Translations under genes and position numbers: made by a program
Assembly: GCA_963695225.1 (NCBI GenBank)
Contig: OY968762.1
Location: forward strand, 992,001-1,056,000
Reading direction: 5' to 3'
DNA: 64,000 bases
Source: Vulcanimicrobiota bacterium
GTDB taxonomy: Bacteria; Vulcanimicrobiota; Vulcanimicrobiia; Vulcanimicrobiales; Vulcanimicrobiaceae
Notes under the pieces: generated by a model
Database searches by the model: none
What the model was told of the DNA's origin: nothing
What the model saw: the letters and a program-made list of their open reading frames with translations, nothing else
Shown: in pieces, positions 48,877-60,922 of the stretch
How the letters are laid out: each line of letters opens with the position of its first letter
Numbering within the stretch: position 1 is the first letter of the stretch

Positions 48877-49779
48877 TCAGAGTTCCAGCGGCCACAGCCA
48901 CGCGGCGCCCCGTACGCCGCTTGAATCGGAATGCTGCGCCGGGCGGATCGGCGTATCGAACGCGTCGCTGAAGACGTAGCGCCGCATCAGGCGCGGCACC
49001 GCCGAATAGAGACCCGTCAGGTTCGAGAGACCGCCGCCTAAGACGATCGCATCGGGATCGAGGATGTTGACGACGTGCGCCAGGCCGCGCGCCAGCCGGT
49101 CGGCGTAGCGCTCGAGCTCTTCTTGCGCCTCCCCGTCACCGGCTGCCGCGGCAGCTGCGATCTGCGGCGCGGCGAGCACCCGGCCGGTGCGCTCGGCGAA
49201 CAGCTTCGCCATGCCGGGCCCCGAGAGGAACGTCTCGATGCAGCCGAATTTCCCGCAATAGCACCGGGGACCGGGCCGTTCGTCGTCCCGCGTCCACGGC
49301 AACGGATTGTGCCCCCACTCTCCCGCGATCGCATCGCGTCCCGTCAAAACGCGGCCGTCGACGACGATCCCGCCGCCGGTCCCGGTTCCGACGATCGCGC
49401 CGAAGACGACGCGCGCTCCCGCACCGGCACCGTCGCTTGCCTCAGAGAGCGCGAAGCAGTTCGCGTCGTTCGCAAGGCGGATGGGCCGCCCCAGCCGAGC
49501 CGCCAGATCCCGTTCGAGCGGCTTGCCGTTGAGCACCGTGCTGTTCGCGTTCTTGATCGTCCCGCTCGCGCGCGAGATCGCGCCGGGCGTGCCGATGCCG
49601 ATCGTGCCGCGCCGCCCCAACTCGGCTTCGGCGGAGGCGAACAGCGCCGCGACCGCTTCGAGCGTTGCTTCGTAGTCGCCGGCCGGCGTCGCGACGCGCC
49701 GGCGCAGCAAGACCGCGCCGTCGTCCGCGAGCGCGATGATCTCGATCTTCGTTCCGCCGAGGTCGACGCCGATCCGCAT
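48877..49779 (-). CDS. ROK family sugar kinase (fructokinase Mak-like)
   Basis: GVDLGGTK, NDANC, GTGTGGG, GEWGH..CYCGKFGCIE, DSSGVRGAA. Confidence 0.9.
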   Translation of the reverse strand: MRIGVDLGGTKIEIIALADDGAVLLRRRVATPAGDYEATLEAVAALFASAEAELGRRGTIGIGTPGAISRASGTIKNANSTVLNGKPLERDLAARLGRPIRLANDANCFALSEASDGAGAGARVVFGAIVGTGTGGGIVVDGRVLTGRDAIAGEWGHNPLPWTRDDERPGPRCYCGKFGCIETFLSGPGMAKLFAERTGRVLAAPQIAAAAAAGDGEAQEELERYADRLARGLAHVVNILDPDAIVLGGGLSNLTGLYSAVPRLMRRYVFSDAFDTPIRPAQHSDSSGVRGAAWLWPLEL

Positions 49780-49796
49780 GCGAGCCGCCCGCGGGA

Positions 49797-51137
49797 TTAC
49801 GGTCGAACGGCGCGGGCGCCGGCGCTCGCGGCAGGCGCCGCGGGGCGCGCCTCGCCGCCGGTCGCCGGGCCGGCCGGTGCTCCCGCCGCCGCACCCGGCG
49901 CCGCAAGACGCCGGTGCGAGGCCGCCCAAACGAGCGCGATCAGCGCGAAGTTCGTCACGAGCGAGCTGCCGCCGTAGGAGATGAACGGCAGCGTTATGCC
50001 CGTCAACGGAAAGACTCCGAGCACGCCGCCGACGATGATGAACGTCTGAAAGCCGAACGTGGCTGCGAGCCCCGTCGCCAGCAGCTTCGCGTAGAGATCG
50101 GGGCGCGACGACGCGACGTCGAGCATGCGACGCACGACGAGCGCGAACGCGGCGATCAGCGCGAGCGCGCCGAGCAGGCCGAACTCTTCGCTCCAAGCGG
50201 CATAGGCGTAATCCGTTGCCACTTCGGGGATGAACGCAGGATGGCCGAGGCCGTACCCCGTCCCGAACGCGCCCCCGGCTGCAATCGAAAAATACCCTTG
50301 CAACGCTTGATAACCGTGCCCGAGCGGATCGGCGAAGGGATTCCGCCACGCCTCGTAGCGCACCGCGACGTAACTATAATTCCGCACGGCCCACGCGACG
50401 GCGGCGCCGAAGACGGCGGTCGCGCCGATCACGAGATCGACCCGCCGCGTCGCGACGTACAGCATCGAAAGGAACGTCGCGAGCAGCAGCATCGCCATGC
50501 CGATGTCGCGCTCGAAGACGAGGATCCCCATGGAAGTACCCCACCCGAGAAAGAGCGGGCCGAGGTACTTCGCGTTCGCGCGGATCGACCACGCCGGCGC
50601 TTCCGCGATCACGTCCGCCGTCTCGGCGAGATACCCCGCCATGAACAAGACGATGAACAGCTTGATCAGTTCGACCGGCTCGTATTGCAAAGGCCCGAGG
50701 CGAATCCAGAGCTTCGCTCCGTTCACTTCCTCGCCGAACAGCGCGAGCAGCGCGAACAGCACGATCGAACCGAGGACCCACACGTACTTGAAGGCCGCGA
50801 GCCGGCGGAAGCGCTCGAAGCCCCACGAGAGCGCGATCGCTCCGGCGAGCGCAAGCGCGAGCCACACTTCCTGACGGCGCGCGAGATCGGGGGAGAGGCG
50901 CGCGATCTGCGCGAGCCCAAACGCCGAGAGCACCACGGCGAGCGCCGGCAACACGTCGTCGCGGCGCCCGTCCCACGGCCGGCGCACGACCCATGCGACT
51001 GCGAGCAGCGCGAGCCCGGCCGGAATCCATGGCGATCCGAGCGCTCCCGCCGGCGCCGCCGCGAGCAGGTAACCGCCGAGGGCAAGCGCCGCCGCGAGCG
51101 GCGCAAGCGCGCGCAGGGGAAGAGCGAGCGCGTTCAA
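49797..51137 (-). CDS. rodA: FtsW/RodA/SpoVE (SEDS) family protein
   Basis: NGAKLWI, EPVELIK, RDIG, GYQ..GGAFGTG, PEVATDY, PLTGITLPFISYGGSS. Confidence 0.88.
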   Translation of the reverse strand: MNALALPLRALAPLAAALALGGYLLAAAPAGALGSPWIPAGLALLAVAWVVRRPWDGRRDDVLPALAVVLSAFGLAQIARLSPDLARRQEVWLALALAGAIALSWGFERFRRLAAFKYVWVLGSIVLFALLALFGEEVNGAKLWIRLGPLQYEPVELIKLFIVLFMAGYLAETADVIAEAPAWSIRANAKYLGPLFLGWGTSMGILVFERDIGMAMLLLATFLSMLYVATRRVDLVIGATAVFGAAVAWAVRNYSYVAVRYEAWRNPFADPLGHGYQALQGYFSIAAGGAFGTGYGLGHPAFIPEVATDYAYAAWSEEFGLLGALALIAAFALVVRRMLDVASSRPDLYAKLLATGLAATFGFQTFIIVGGVLGVFPLTGITLPFISYGGSSLVTNFALIALVWAASHRRLAAPGAAAGAPAGPATGGEARPAAPAASAGARAVRP

Positions 51138-52027
51138 CGAGTCGCTTGCTGTTGCGTCGTCTGCGGGGGCGGGACCCACGCGGGACGTTCGAGCACGCAC
51201 CACGCTCCGATTGCCGCTGTGAGGATGACGGCGAGCCCGATCTGCAACCAGCGAAGCGGCGCGGGCGGCGCGTAGTCCGGGCTCGTGGCGAGCAGATCGC
51301 GCGCGATCACGAGCGTCGCGTTTTGCCGGATCCCGCGCGCCCGCACCATCTGCAACAGGCGCGCGACGGCGTCGCTCGAGTTCGAATCGTCGGAAAGCGC
51401 GAGCCCGAGCTCCTCCGTCCCGATCGTGCGATGGAACCCGTCCGTACAGAGCACGAGCCGGTCGCACGGCAGCAACTCCACGTGCGCGATGCTCGCCTCG
51501 AGCTTCGCCTGCGTGCCGAGGCTGCGCCACAACAAGCGGCCTCGGGGGCGTTGGCCCGCACCGATCGTCATGCTCGGGACGGCATCGAGCGTCATCGCAT
51601 CGTCGACCGTAAGCGCCTCGAGGCGGCCGAGCCGCAACAGATATGCGCGCGCGTCGCCGACGTGGCCGACGAACGCGTGCTCGCCGACCACGAGTGCGCC
51701 GGTGACGGAAGCCCCGTTCGCTACGAAATCCGCCGTGCTGCCGTTGAGTTCGAAGAGGCGCGCGTTCGCGAGCTCCAACGCCGCGAGCAGCAACGCTCGG
51801 ACGTGCGAAGGCGCGAGGACGCGCTCGTTGCTCACCGCGCTGCGCAGCTTGCGCCGCAGAAACTCGCGCATCGTCGAAAGCGCGAACGCGGCGACCGGGC
51901 CGGTCCGGCCGTTCGGTCCGAATCCGTCCGCAACGCAAAAGAAACTGACGTTCGGGCCGAGCGTTTCGCTGACGTGCGCGTCGCCGCCGCCGACGCCGCC
52001 CGGTTCGAACCCGACCGCTACGTCCAT
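51134..52027 (-). CDS. PP2C-family Ser/Thr phosphatase (PstP-like), motifs partly degenerate
   Basis: CVADG, HVGDARAY, LCTDG; C-terminal TM helix. Confidence 0.8.
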   Translation of the reverse strand: MDVAVGFEPGGVGGGDAHVSETLGPNVSFFCVADGFGPNGRTGPVAAFALSTMREFLRRKLRSAVSNERVLAPSHVRALLLAALELANARLFELNGSTADFVANGASVTGALVVGEHAFVGHVGDARAYLLRLGRLEALTVDDAMTLDAVPSMTIGAGQRPRGRLLWRSLGTQAKLEASIAHVELLPCDRLVLCTDGFHRTIGTEELGLALSDDSNSSDAVARLLQMVRARGIRQNATLVIARDLLATSPDYAPPAPLRWLQIGLAVILTAAIGAWCVLERPAWVPPPQTTQQQATR

Positions 52028-52440
52028 CGCGAGAGCCCCGTCAGCGTCACCCGCGCGAACCCGAGATCGATCTCGTCACCGATCTCGATCGCTTCGGCAC
52101 CTTCGAGCAGACGCGCGTTCAGGAACGTCCCGTTGCGACTCTGCAGATCGCGAAGGAAAAGTGTTCCGTCGACTTGATCGATGCGAGCATGCATCCGGCT
52201 CACCTGCGCGTCCGAGAGAACCAGCGTTGCTTCGGGTGAACGGCCGATCGTGACCGGGACCGGGACGCGCACCACGCGAGCCTCGCTTTTCTCCTCCACG
52301 CGAAGCTCGAGTGCCTGCCGTCCGAGGACTTCGTCTTCGAGCCCGGCGCGGCGGCGGCGCGGCCAAGCGAGGAGGACGAACGCTCCAAGCGCTCCGGAGG
52401 CGACGACCGAAACGATGCGTCCGGCAGCCTCGACCGGCAT
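52018..52440 (-). CDS. Membrane-anchored FHA domain protein (FhaB-like)
   Basis: N-terminal TM; IGRS..VSRMHA..DLQSRNGTFLN. Confidence 0.85.
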   Translation of the reverse strand: MPVEAAGRIVSVVASGALGAFVLLAWPRRRRAGLEDEVLGRQALELRVEEKSEARVVRVPVPVTIGRSPEATLVLSDAQVSRMHARIDQVDGTLFLRDLQSRNGTFLNARLLEGAEAIEIGDEIDLGFARVTLTGLSRWT

Positions 52441-53120
52441 CACGAACCGCCGCCGCCCACGATCTCGAGCTCGCTGTCGCCGATGCGCAGCGCGTCCCCC
52501 GCTCTGAGGATCCCCGCCGCGGAGCGCAGACCGTTTAGCAGCACGCCGTTCGCCGAATTCAGGTCGCGGAACGCCACGCTCCCGGCCGCGTCGACGTCGC
52601 AGGCGAGGTGGCGCCGCGAGATGCGCGGATCGTGCAAGACGACGTCGCACGACGGGTCGCGCCCGATCACGAGCGCCCGATCGAGCCTCACCCGGGCGCC
52701 GAGCGGAACGCCGCGCTGCACCACGAGTTCCAGCGACGGCGCGCGCTCGGGCTCGCGGCGCGCGGCGGTCTCGATCGTTGCCGCGCCGAGCGGGATGCTC
52801 CGGTCGGCCTCGAGGCGTACCGAAGGTGCCCGGCGGAGCGGCATGCCGGCGCGCTCGGCCAGGCGCGCGATCGCCGCGCTCCATTGCCGTTCCAGATCGT
52901 CGCGCTCCCCCGCAAGCCGCTCGAAATCGCGCGGCGCGACGCGGACGCGCACCTGCGCGTCGTCCCAGCGGCCCGGCTCGTTCGCTTCGAACGCCGTGAT
53001 CAGCTTGCGCGCCACCTGCACGGGCTCGAGCGCGTTGGGGAAGGCGAGCGCGAAACCCCGTTCGACGGCCACCTCGAGACGCGCTTCGAGCGCCTCGAGG
53101 AGCCGCCCCACGTCACTCAC
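52440..53120 (-). CDS. DUF3662 + FHA domain protein (FhaA-like)
   Basis: LEPVQVARKL N-domain; IGRD..ISRRH..DLNSANGV. Confidence 0.85.
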   Translation of the reverse strand: MSDVGRLLEALEARLEVAVERGFALAFPNALEPVQVARKLITAFEANEPGRWDDAQVRVRVAPRDFERLAGERDDLERQWSAAIARLAERAGMPLRRAPSVRLEADRSIPLGAATIETAARREPERAPSLELVVQRGVPLGARVRLDRALVIGRDPSCDVVLHDPRISRRHLACDVDAAGSVAFRDLNSANGVLLNGLRSAAGILRAGDALRIGDSELEIVGGGGS

Positions 53121-54453
53121 GGCGCTCTAGCCGGGCAAGGTAGAACCCGTCGCGCCCTTCGATCCCCGGCGGGACGAGCAACGCACCCTCCCGTTCGAAC
53201 GCGCGCAGCGCCGGCGGAATCTCGCCGAGCGCGAATTCCGGCGTGCGTCCGAGGAACGCCGCGACCGCGTCGCGGCCCTCGCGCGGATCGGTCGAGCAGA
53301 CGCCGTAAACCATCCGCCCGCCGGGGCGCACCCGGGCCGCCGCGCTATCGAGCAGTTCCGCCTGCACCTCGGCGAGACGCTCGCCGTCAGCGGGCGTCTT
53401 GCGCCAGCGCGATTCGGGATGCCGCCCGATGACCCCGAGCGCTGAACACGGCGCGTCGAGCAACACGCCGTCGGAGCCGTGCTCTGCGGCAACGGGCTCG
53501 CGCGCGTCGGCGCAGCGCGTGCGGGCGATCGACACGCCGCTGCGCGCCAGCAACAGCGCTTGGACGTCGTTCTTGCGCCGGTCTCGCTCCACGCAGAGCA
53601 GCTCTCCGCGGTTCTGCATGCGCCCGGCAAGCTGCACGCTCTTGTTCCCGCGCCCGCTGCAAAGCTCGACGATGCGCTCCCCGGGCCGGGGATCGAGGAG
53701 CGCGACGCATAGCGCCGCCGACTCGCTCTGCACGGTCCACCGGCCGGCGGGATCTTCGCCGGCGACGCCCTCCGTCACGACGATCGTCTCGTCGACGTAC
53801 TCCGAGGCCCGCGCCGCAACGCCGCGCGCCGCCAATTCGGCGAGCACTTCGTCGCGCGTCGCACGCAGCGCGTTGACGAGCAGCGCCTGCTGCGGCTGCG
53901 CGTTGACGCCCTTCAGGATTTCGGGCAGGAGAGCGGAGCCGAACGTCTGCTCCCACTGCCGCGTGATCCAGGTCGGTAGCGACGCCGCGAGCGCCGCGGC
54001 GTCGGTCTCGTTCTTCCCGTCGCCCGGCTGCGGGGCCGGCGGCGCGTCGGCGATGAAGCGGCGCAGCACCGCGTTCACGAGCCCGGCCGTCCCCTTGTGC
54101 CCGTAGCGCCTCGCGAGGTTCACGGTCTCATAGACGGCCGCGTGGTCGTCCACGCCGCCCATACAGCGAAGCTGATAGACGCCCAGGCGCAAGATCTCCA
54201 TGATCGCCGGCGGGAGCGGATGCTCGCGACCGCCCACGTAGGGCGCGAGATACCAATCGAGCAGGCGCCGCATCTTGATCGACCCGTAGGCGATCTCCGC
54301 GGCGAACGCGCGGTCGCGCGCATCCAGACCCGATTCGCGGACATGATGGTCGAACGCCGCTTGCGCGCCGCGCTGCTCCGGCGAGAAGACGTCCCGTACC
54401 GTGCGCAGAGCGGTCTCGCGCGCCGAGCGGTTCACGGGGGCGGCGACGTTCAT
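53113..54453 (-). CDS. rsmB: 16S rRNA m5C967 methyltransferase (NusB-like + RsmB domains)
   Basis: LRLGVYQL, GLVNAVLR, LLDAPCS, VCS. Confidence 0.88.
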   Translation of the reverse strand: MNVAAPVNRSARETALRTVRDVFSPEQRGAQAAFDHHVRESGLDARDRAFAAEIAYGSIKMRRLLDWYLAPYVGGREHPLPPAIMEILRLGVYQLRCMGGVDDHAAVYETVNLARRYGHKGTAGLVNAVLRRFIADAPPAPQPGDGKNETDAAALAASLPTWITRQWEQTFGSALLPEILKGVNAQPQQALLVNALRATRDEVLAELAARGVAARASEYVDETIVVTEGVAGEDPAGRWTVQSESAALCVALLDPRPGERIVELCSGRGNKSVQLAGRMQNRGELLCVERDRRKNDVQALLLARSGVSIARTRCADAREPVAAEHGSDGVLLDAPCSALGVIGRHPESRWRKTPADGERLAEVQAELLDSAAARVRPGGRMVYGVCSTDPREGRDAVAAFLGRTPEFALGEIPPALRAFEREGALLVPPGIEGRDGFYLARLERRE

Positions 54454-55487
54454 CGGCCGCTCGCAGCGTGCCCGCGCGCGCCTTCGAGCGCCGTTGCGGC
54501 GCTCGCGCCGTCCGTTTCGCCCCGATTCGGAGCGATCGCTCGCTCGATGACCACGGCACCTACGCCGCACTGCGCCACTGCGATTCTCTTCATCCCCTCC
54601 GCTTCCGGCAACACGATCCAAGTGCCCGCCTCCGGCCGCCCGCGCGCAGCCAACCGCGCGCATTCCGCCTCGGTCGCGAGGCGCGCGGAAACGACCTTGA
54701 CGGCGAGCCCTTCGCGCGGGACGTGCCGCGCGAGCGGCTGCGGAGCGAGGGAACGGACCAGATCGACGACCGACTTCGCGGATTTCGTCCAATCGATCGC
54801 GAGATCGGCCTTCGCGAGCGGCCGCGTCAGCGTCGCCGCGATCTCCTCGGCCGGGACGCCGAGCGAGGACTGCGGGAAGCGCGCTTGCGTCCGCGCTGCG
54901 GCCCGCTCGAGCGCCCGGACCAGCAATTCCGCACCGATGGCCGCGAAGCGGTCGTGAAGCTCGCCGTAGGTCTCGCGCGGCCCGATCGGGCGCGCTTCCT
55001 GGAGCACGATATCCCCGGTATCCATGCCGGCGTCCATCAGCATGATCGTCACGCCGCTGAGCGTCGCGCCGTCGCGAAGCGCGCTTTGAAGCGGCGTCGC
55101 GCCGCGATACCGCGGCAACAGGCTCGGATGCACGTTGAGGAAGCCGTAGGGCGGCAGCGCGAGGATCGAGCGCGGCACGATCTTGCCGTAGGAGGCGAGC
55201 GCGAACAGGTCGGCACCCGCATCGCGCAGCGCTTCGAATGCGCCGGCCAAGCGCGCCGGTTCCGCTACCTCGATTTCGAGTTCGCGCGCGACCGTCTTGA
55301 CCGGGGTCGGCTGCAAGCGATGCCCGCGGCCGCTCGGACGATCCGGTTGCGTGACGACGAGCCGGACGTCGCTCGCCGCGGCCAGCGCCCGAAGGGAGGG
55401 GACGGCGAACTCGCTCGTCCCGAAGAAGACGGTGCGCAGCCTTCGCCGCGCCTCAGGCGGAAAGGGCGGCCTCCGAGACGCGCGCAT
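54450..55487 (-). CDS. fmt: Methionyl-tRNA formyltransferase; start uncertain (ATG 55487 or CTG 55439)
   Basis: FFGTSEFA, VTQPDRPSGRG, NVHPSLLPRYRGATP, MDAGMDTG. Confidence 0.92.
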   Translation of the reverse strand: MRASRRPPFPPEARRRLRTVFFGTSEFAVPSLRALAAASDVRLVVTQPDRPSGRGHRLQPTPVKTVARELEIEVAEPARLAGAFEALRDAGADLFALASYGKIVPRSILALPPYGFLNVHPSLLPRYRGATPLQSALRDGATLSGVTIMLMDAGMDTGDIVLQEARPIGPRETYGELHDRFAAIGAELLVRALERAAARTQARFPQSSLGVPAEEIAATLTRPLAKADLAIDWTKSAKSVVDLVRSLAPQPLARHVPREGLAVKVVSARLATEAECARLAARGRPEAGTWIVLPEAEGMKRIAVAQCGVGAVVIERAIAPNRGETDGASAATALEGARGHAASGR

Positions 55488-56028
55488 TCCGGCGGACCGC
55501 TTCGGCCTCGGTTTCGACCTCAGCGAGGGCGGCATGCTCTTCCGGCGTGGATGCCGGACGGATGTTCTGTGCCTTGTCCGTGTAGAGGATCCCGTCGAGG
55601 TGATCCATCTCGTGTTGCAGGCAGCGGCCGAAGAGGCCGGTCCCTTCGAGCGTGATCTTCCGCCCGCGCCGGTCGAGCGCGACGCAGACGACGCGCTCGT
55701 AGCGCTTCAGGTCGCCGATCAAGCCGGGGACCGAGAGGCAACCCTCGACGGAATCGATCTCCCCTTCCGTCTCGGTGAACTGGGGATTGATCAGGACGAG
55801 GGGGCCGTGCTTGCGGTTGTCGTCGTGCATGTCGATAACGACCAATCGCTTGCTTATGTCGACTTGCGGTGCGGCCAATCCGATCCCCGGCGCTTCGTAG
55901 AGCGTCTCGAACATGTCGTCGATGAGCTGCTGGAACATCGGCTCCCGCAGTTCATCCCGCTCGACGCGCTTCGCGACTTTTCGGAGGGTCGGGTGTCCGT
56001 CCGTCAGGATCGTCCGTACGTAAGGCAT
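55453..56028 (-). CDS. def: Peptide deformylase
   Basis: GIGLAAPQ, EGCLS, QHEMDHLDG. Confidence 0.96.
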   Translation of the reverse strand: MPYVRTILTDGHPTLRKVAKRVERDELREPMFQQLIDDMFETLYEAPGIGLAAPQVDISKRLVVIDMHDDNRKHGPLVLINPQFTETEGEIDSVEGCLSVPGLIGDLKRYERVVCVALDRRGRKITLEGTGLFGRCLQHEMDHLDGILYTDKAQNIRPASTPEEHAALAEVETEAEAVRRNARVSEAALSA

Positions 56029-56090
56029 AGCTGTACCATTCTACCGCATTTCGGCGCGTCCGGTTGCGCCTTCTCGGGCCCGGCGCCCGC

Positions 56091-57541
<1,451 letters not shown>

Positions 57542-57545
<4 letters not shown>

Positions 57546-58930
57546 CGCAGCGAGCTCCCGAGCTCGTCGTAGAGGTACGCCATCGTTTCGATCCCGAGGA
57601 AGAACTGGTTCAAATCGAACTTCTCGTTCGGCGAGTGGATCGCGTCGTCGGGGAGGCCGACGCCGATGAGCACTTGCGGGAGGCCGAGGATCCGATCGAA
57701 GCTCGCGCAGGGGCCGATCGTTCCGCCGATCCCGATGTACGCGGGCGGCTTGCCGAAGCCGCGTTCCATCGCGCGCGCCGCCGCGGCGACCGCGGGATGA
57801 TCGCGCGAGGTTTCGACCGCGCGCAGATTCCCCCGCGCCTCGATCTCGAAGCGCACGCCGGGCGGTGCATTCGCTATCAGGAAATCGGTGACGGCGAGCT
57901 TGACGTGTTCCGGATCTTGTTCCGGGACGAGCCGCGACGTCAGCTTCGCCTTCGCGTAGCTCGGGATGATCGTCTTGGTGCCCGGCCCCTGATACCCGCC
58001 CCAGATCCCGTTGAGTTCGAGCGTCGGGCGGGCCCAGACGCGTTCGAGCGGCAAGCGGTCGCGCTCGCCGCCGGCGAGTTCGGCGACTCCGAGCGCTCGG
58101 GCCTCGCGCGCTTCGTCGTAGGGCAGCGCGGCGATCTGTTCGCGCTCCTCGTCGTTCAGTTCGCGCACGCCGTCGTAGAATCCGGGGACGGCGACGCGCC
58201 CGCCCTCGTCCTTCAACGTCGCGAGCATCTGGGCGAGCGCTTCGATCGGGTTCTTCACGAGGCCGCCGAAATTCCCCGAATGCAAGTCGACCGCGGGCCC
58301 GTAGACGCCGATCTCCCACTCGACGAGGCCGCGCAGGGAGACGGAGAGCGAGGGAACGTCCTCGGCAAACACGGCGGTATCCGAAACGAGCACGACGTCG
58401 CAGGCGAAGCGTTCCCGCTCACGCAGGAGAAACGCATCGAAGTTGGGCGAGCCGATCTCTTCCTCGCCCTCGATGACGACCTTCACGTTGACGGGCAAGC
58501 GGCCGTGCGTGCGCAGGTGCGCTTCGAGAGCCGCGACGTGCATGAGCACTTGCCCTTTGTCGTCGACGACGCCGCGCCCGAAGATCTTCCCCTCGCGCAC
58601 TTCGGCGGCGAACGGCGGCGAGACCCACAGCTCGAGCGGGTCGGCGGGTTGCACGTCGTAGTGGCCGTAGATCAGCACGGTCGGCGCGCCGGGAGCGTGG
58701 AGCCACGAACCGTACGCGACGGGATTGCCGTCCGTCTCGAGGACGAGCGCCTCGTCGAGGCCGGCGGCACGCATGCGCGCAACCGCGCTTTCCGCCGAGC
58801 GCCGGACGTCCGCCGCGAACGCGGGGTCGGCCGAGATCGACGGGCACGCCGTCCAGTCCGTCAACTCCGCGAGATAGCGCTCCCGATTCGCGCGAATGAA
58901 CGCAATGACGCCCTCGGTCGCGACCGTCAT
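57542..58930 (-). CDS. M20 family dipeptidase
   Basis: [36 protein letters not shown]. Confidence 0.9.
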
Positions 58931-58931
58931 G

Positions 58932-59462
58932 CTAGCAAACCTCCACGGTGATGTCGTCGTTCGTATAGATGCAGATCTTGGAAGCGATCTCGAGCGCGGC
59001 GCGCGCGATCGCTTCCGCATCGAGCGTGGTGAACTTAACGAGCGCTTGGGCCGCCGCTTGGGCGTACGGACCTCCGCTGCCGATTGCCGCGACCCCCTCG
59101 TCCGGTTCGATGACGTCGCCGTTCCCGCTGATCACGAAGAGATGCTCCGCGTTCCCCGCCACCAGCAGCGCCTCCAGCCGGCGCAGCGCGCGGTCCTGGC
59201 GCCAATCCTTCGCCAACTCGACGGCTGCGCGGACGATGTTGCCCTTGTACTCGGCGAGCTTTCCCTCGAATTTCTCGAGCAGCGTGATCCCGTCGGCGGC
59301 GCTCCCGGCGAAACCCACGAGGACGGCCCCGTTCGCGATCCGGCGCACCTTGCGCGCGCCGTGCTTCATCACCGTCTTGTCGAACGTCACCTGGCCGTCG
59401 CCGGCGATCGCGAGCTTCCCGTCGCGGCGCACGGCGAGGATCGTCGTAGATCGAATTCGCAT
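58932..59462 (-). CDS. hslV: HslV protease subunit
   Basis: [33 protein letters not shown]. Confidence 0.96.
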   Translation of the reverse strand: MRIRSTTILAVRRDGKLAIAGDGQVTFDKTVMKHGARKVRRIANGAVLVGFAGSAADGITLLEKFEGKLAEYKGNIVRAAVELAKDWRQDRALRRLEALLVAGNAEHLFVISGNGDVIEPDEGVAAIGSGGPYAQAAAQALVKFTTLDAEAIARAALEIASKICIYTNDDITVEVC

Positions 59463-59533
59463 CACGGCTAGGTATCCGGCGAACGGCACCGGGTTTCATT
59501 CCGCGCCGCGGCGCGCGGAACGCGCGGCGAATC

Positions 59534-60922
59534 TCAGAGCGCCTGAACGGCGGCCTCTTCCGGCTCGAGCGCGGCGCGCCACGCGTCGAGCAGAGCGAGC
59601 GCGCGTTCGGCGAGGCGGCGGCGGCGTTCGCGCTTCTCGCGGATAGGGCGGCCGGGGAGCGGCGAAAACGGGGCCCAACTCACGTTGGAGGGTTGGAAAT
59701 CCGGCGTCGTCGTGTTCTGCAGATGCGAGACGATCGCGCCGAGCGCGGTATCGGCGGGTACGGGAAGCGGCGGAAGACCGAGCAGGCGTCGCGCGGCCGC
59801 GACGGCGGCGATCGCGCCGCACGCGGCCGCCTCCACGTACCCTTCGGCCCCGGTGATCTGTCCCGCGAACCAGGTCCGTTCCGTCCCGCGCAGGCGCAAA
59901 TCGGGGAGCAAGAGGCGCGGCGCATCGACGAACGAGTTGCGGTGCATGACGCCGAGGCGAATCCACTCGGCATTCTCGAGGCCGGGGAGCTTGCCGAACG
60001 CCTCCCGTTGCGCGGGCCACGTCAGGCGCGTTTGGAAGCCGACGAGGTTCATCGCCGAGCCGGCCGCGTTCTCTTTGCGGAGTTGCACGACGGCGTACGG
60101 CGTGATACCGGTCTCCGGGTGCCGCAGGCCGACGGGTTTGAGCGGCCCGAAGCGGAGCGTCTCGTCGCCGCGCAGCGCCATCTCCTCGATCGGGAGGCAG
60201 CCTTCGAAGTAAGGGATCGACCCGCTCGCGGCGTCGATCTCGAAACCTTTCGGATCGTGCTTGGGCAAGGTGCGCAGGTCGTGCACGAGCCGTTCGTACC
60301 GCTCGCGGTCGAGCGGGATGTTGAGATAGTCGTCGCCGTCGCCCTTTTCGTACCGCGACTTACGATACATGAGGCGCTGGTCGAGGGACTCCGTCGCGAC
60401 GATCGGTGAGGCAGCGTCGTAATAGTGCAGGCGTCGCGTCGCTCCCTCCGGCGCGACGCGCGCGAGCAACGCATCGATCGCCGCGGCGAGCGCGGGCGAG
60501 GGAAGCGGCCCGCAGGCGACGATCGTCGCGACTTCGGCGTCGAGCGAGACTGCTTCTTCGCGAATGATGCGGATGCGCGGTTCGGCGGCCAAGCGCCGTT
60601 CGACGAGCGCGGAGAACGCCGCGCGATCGACCGCGAGGGCGCCGCCCGCCGGGACGGCGGCCACGCGCGCCGCCGTCACGATCAGCGAACCCAGGCGCGC
60701 GAGCTCCTCCTTGAGCAGGCCGGCGGCGTTCTCGAGCGCCGCTCCGCGCAGCGAATTGCTGCAGACGAGTTCCGCTAGCCCGTCCGTTGCGTGCGCCGGC
60801 CCGCGCACGTGCGGCCGCATCTCGTAGAGGTCGACGTCGATCCCGCGCCGCGCCGCCTGCCAGGCCGCCTCGCATCCCGCGAGGCCCGCCCCGAGCACGC
60901 GCAGGCGCGGCGCCTCACTCAC
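59534..60922 (-). CDS. trmFO: tRNA (uracil-54) methyltransferase, FADH2-oxidising
   Basis: GAGLAGCEAA, AELVCSNS, YFEGCLP, LRFGPLKPVGL, GVMHRN, AGQITGAEGY. Confidence 0.94.
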   Translation of the reverse strand: MSEAPRLRVLGAGLAGCEAAWQAARRGIDVDLYEMRPHVRGPAHATDGLAELVCSNSLRGAALENAAGLLKEELARLGSLIVTAARVAAVPAGGALAVDRAAFSALVERRLAAEPRIRIIREEAVSLDAEVATIVACGPLPSPALAAAIDALLARVAPEGATRRLHYYDAASPIVATESLDQRLMYRKSRYEKGDGDDYLNIPLDRERYERLVHDLRTLPKHDPKGFEIDAASGSIPYFEGCLPIEEMALRGDETLRFGPLKPVGLRHPETGITPYAVVQLRKENAAGSAMNLVGFQTRLTWPAQREAFGKLPGLENAEWIRLGVMHRNSFVDAPRLLLPDLRLRGTERTWFAGQITGAEGYVEAAACGAIAAVAAARRLLGLPPLPVPADTALGAIVSHLQNTTTPDFQPSNVSWAPFSPLPGRPIREKRERRRRLAERALALLDAWRAALEPEEAAVQAL

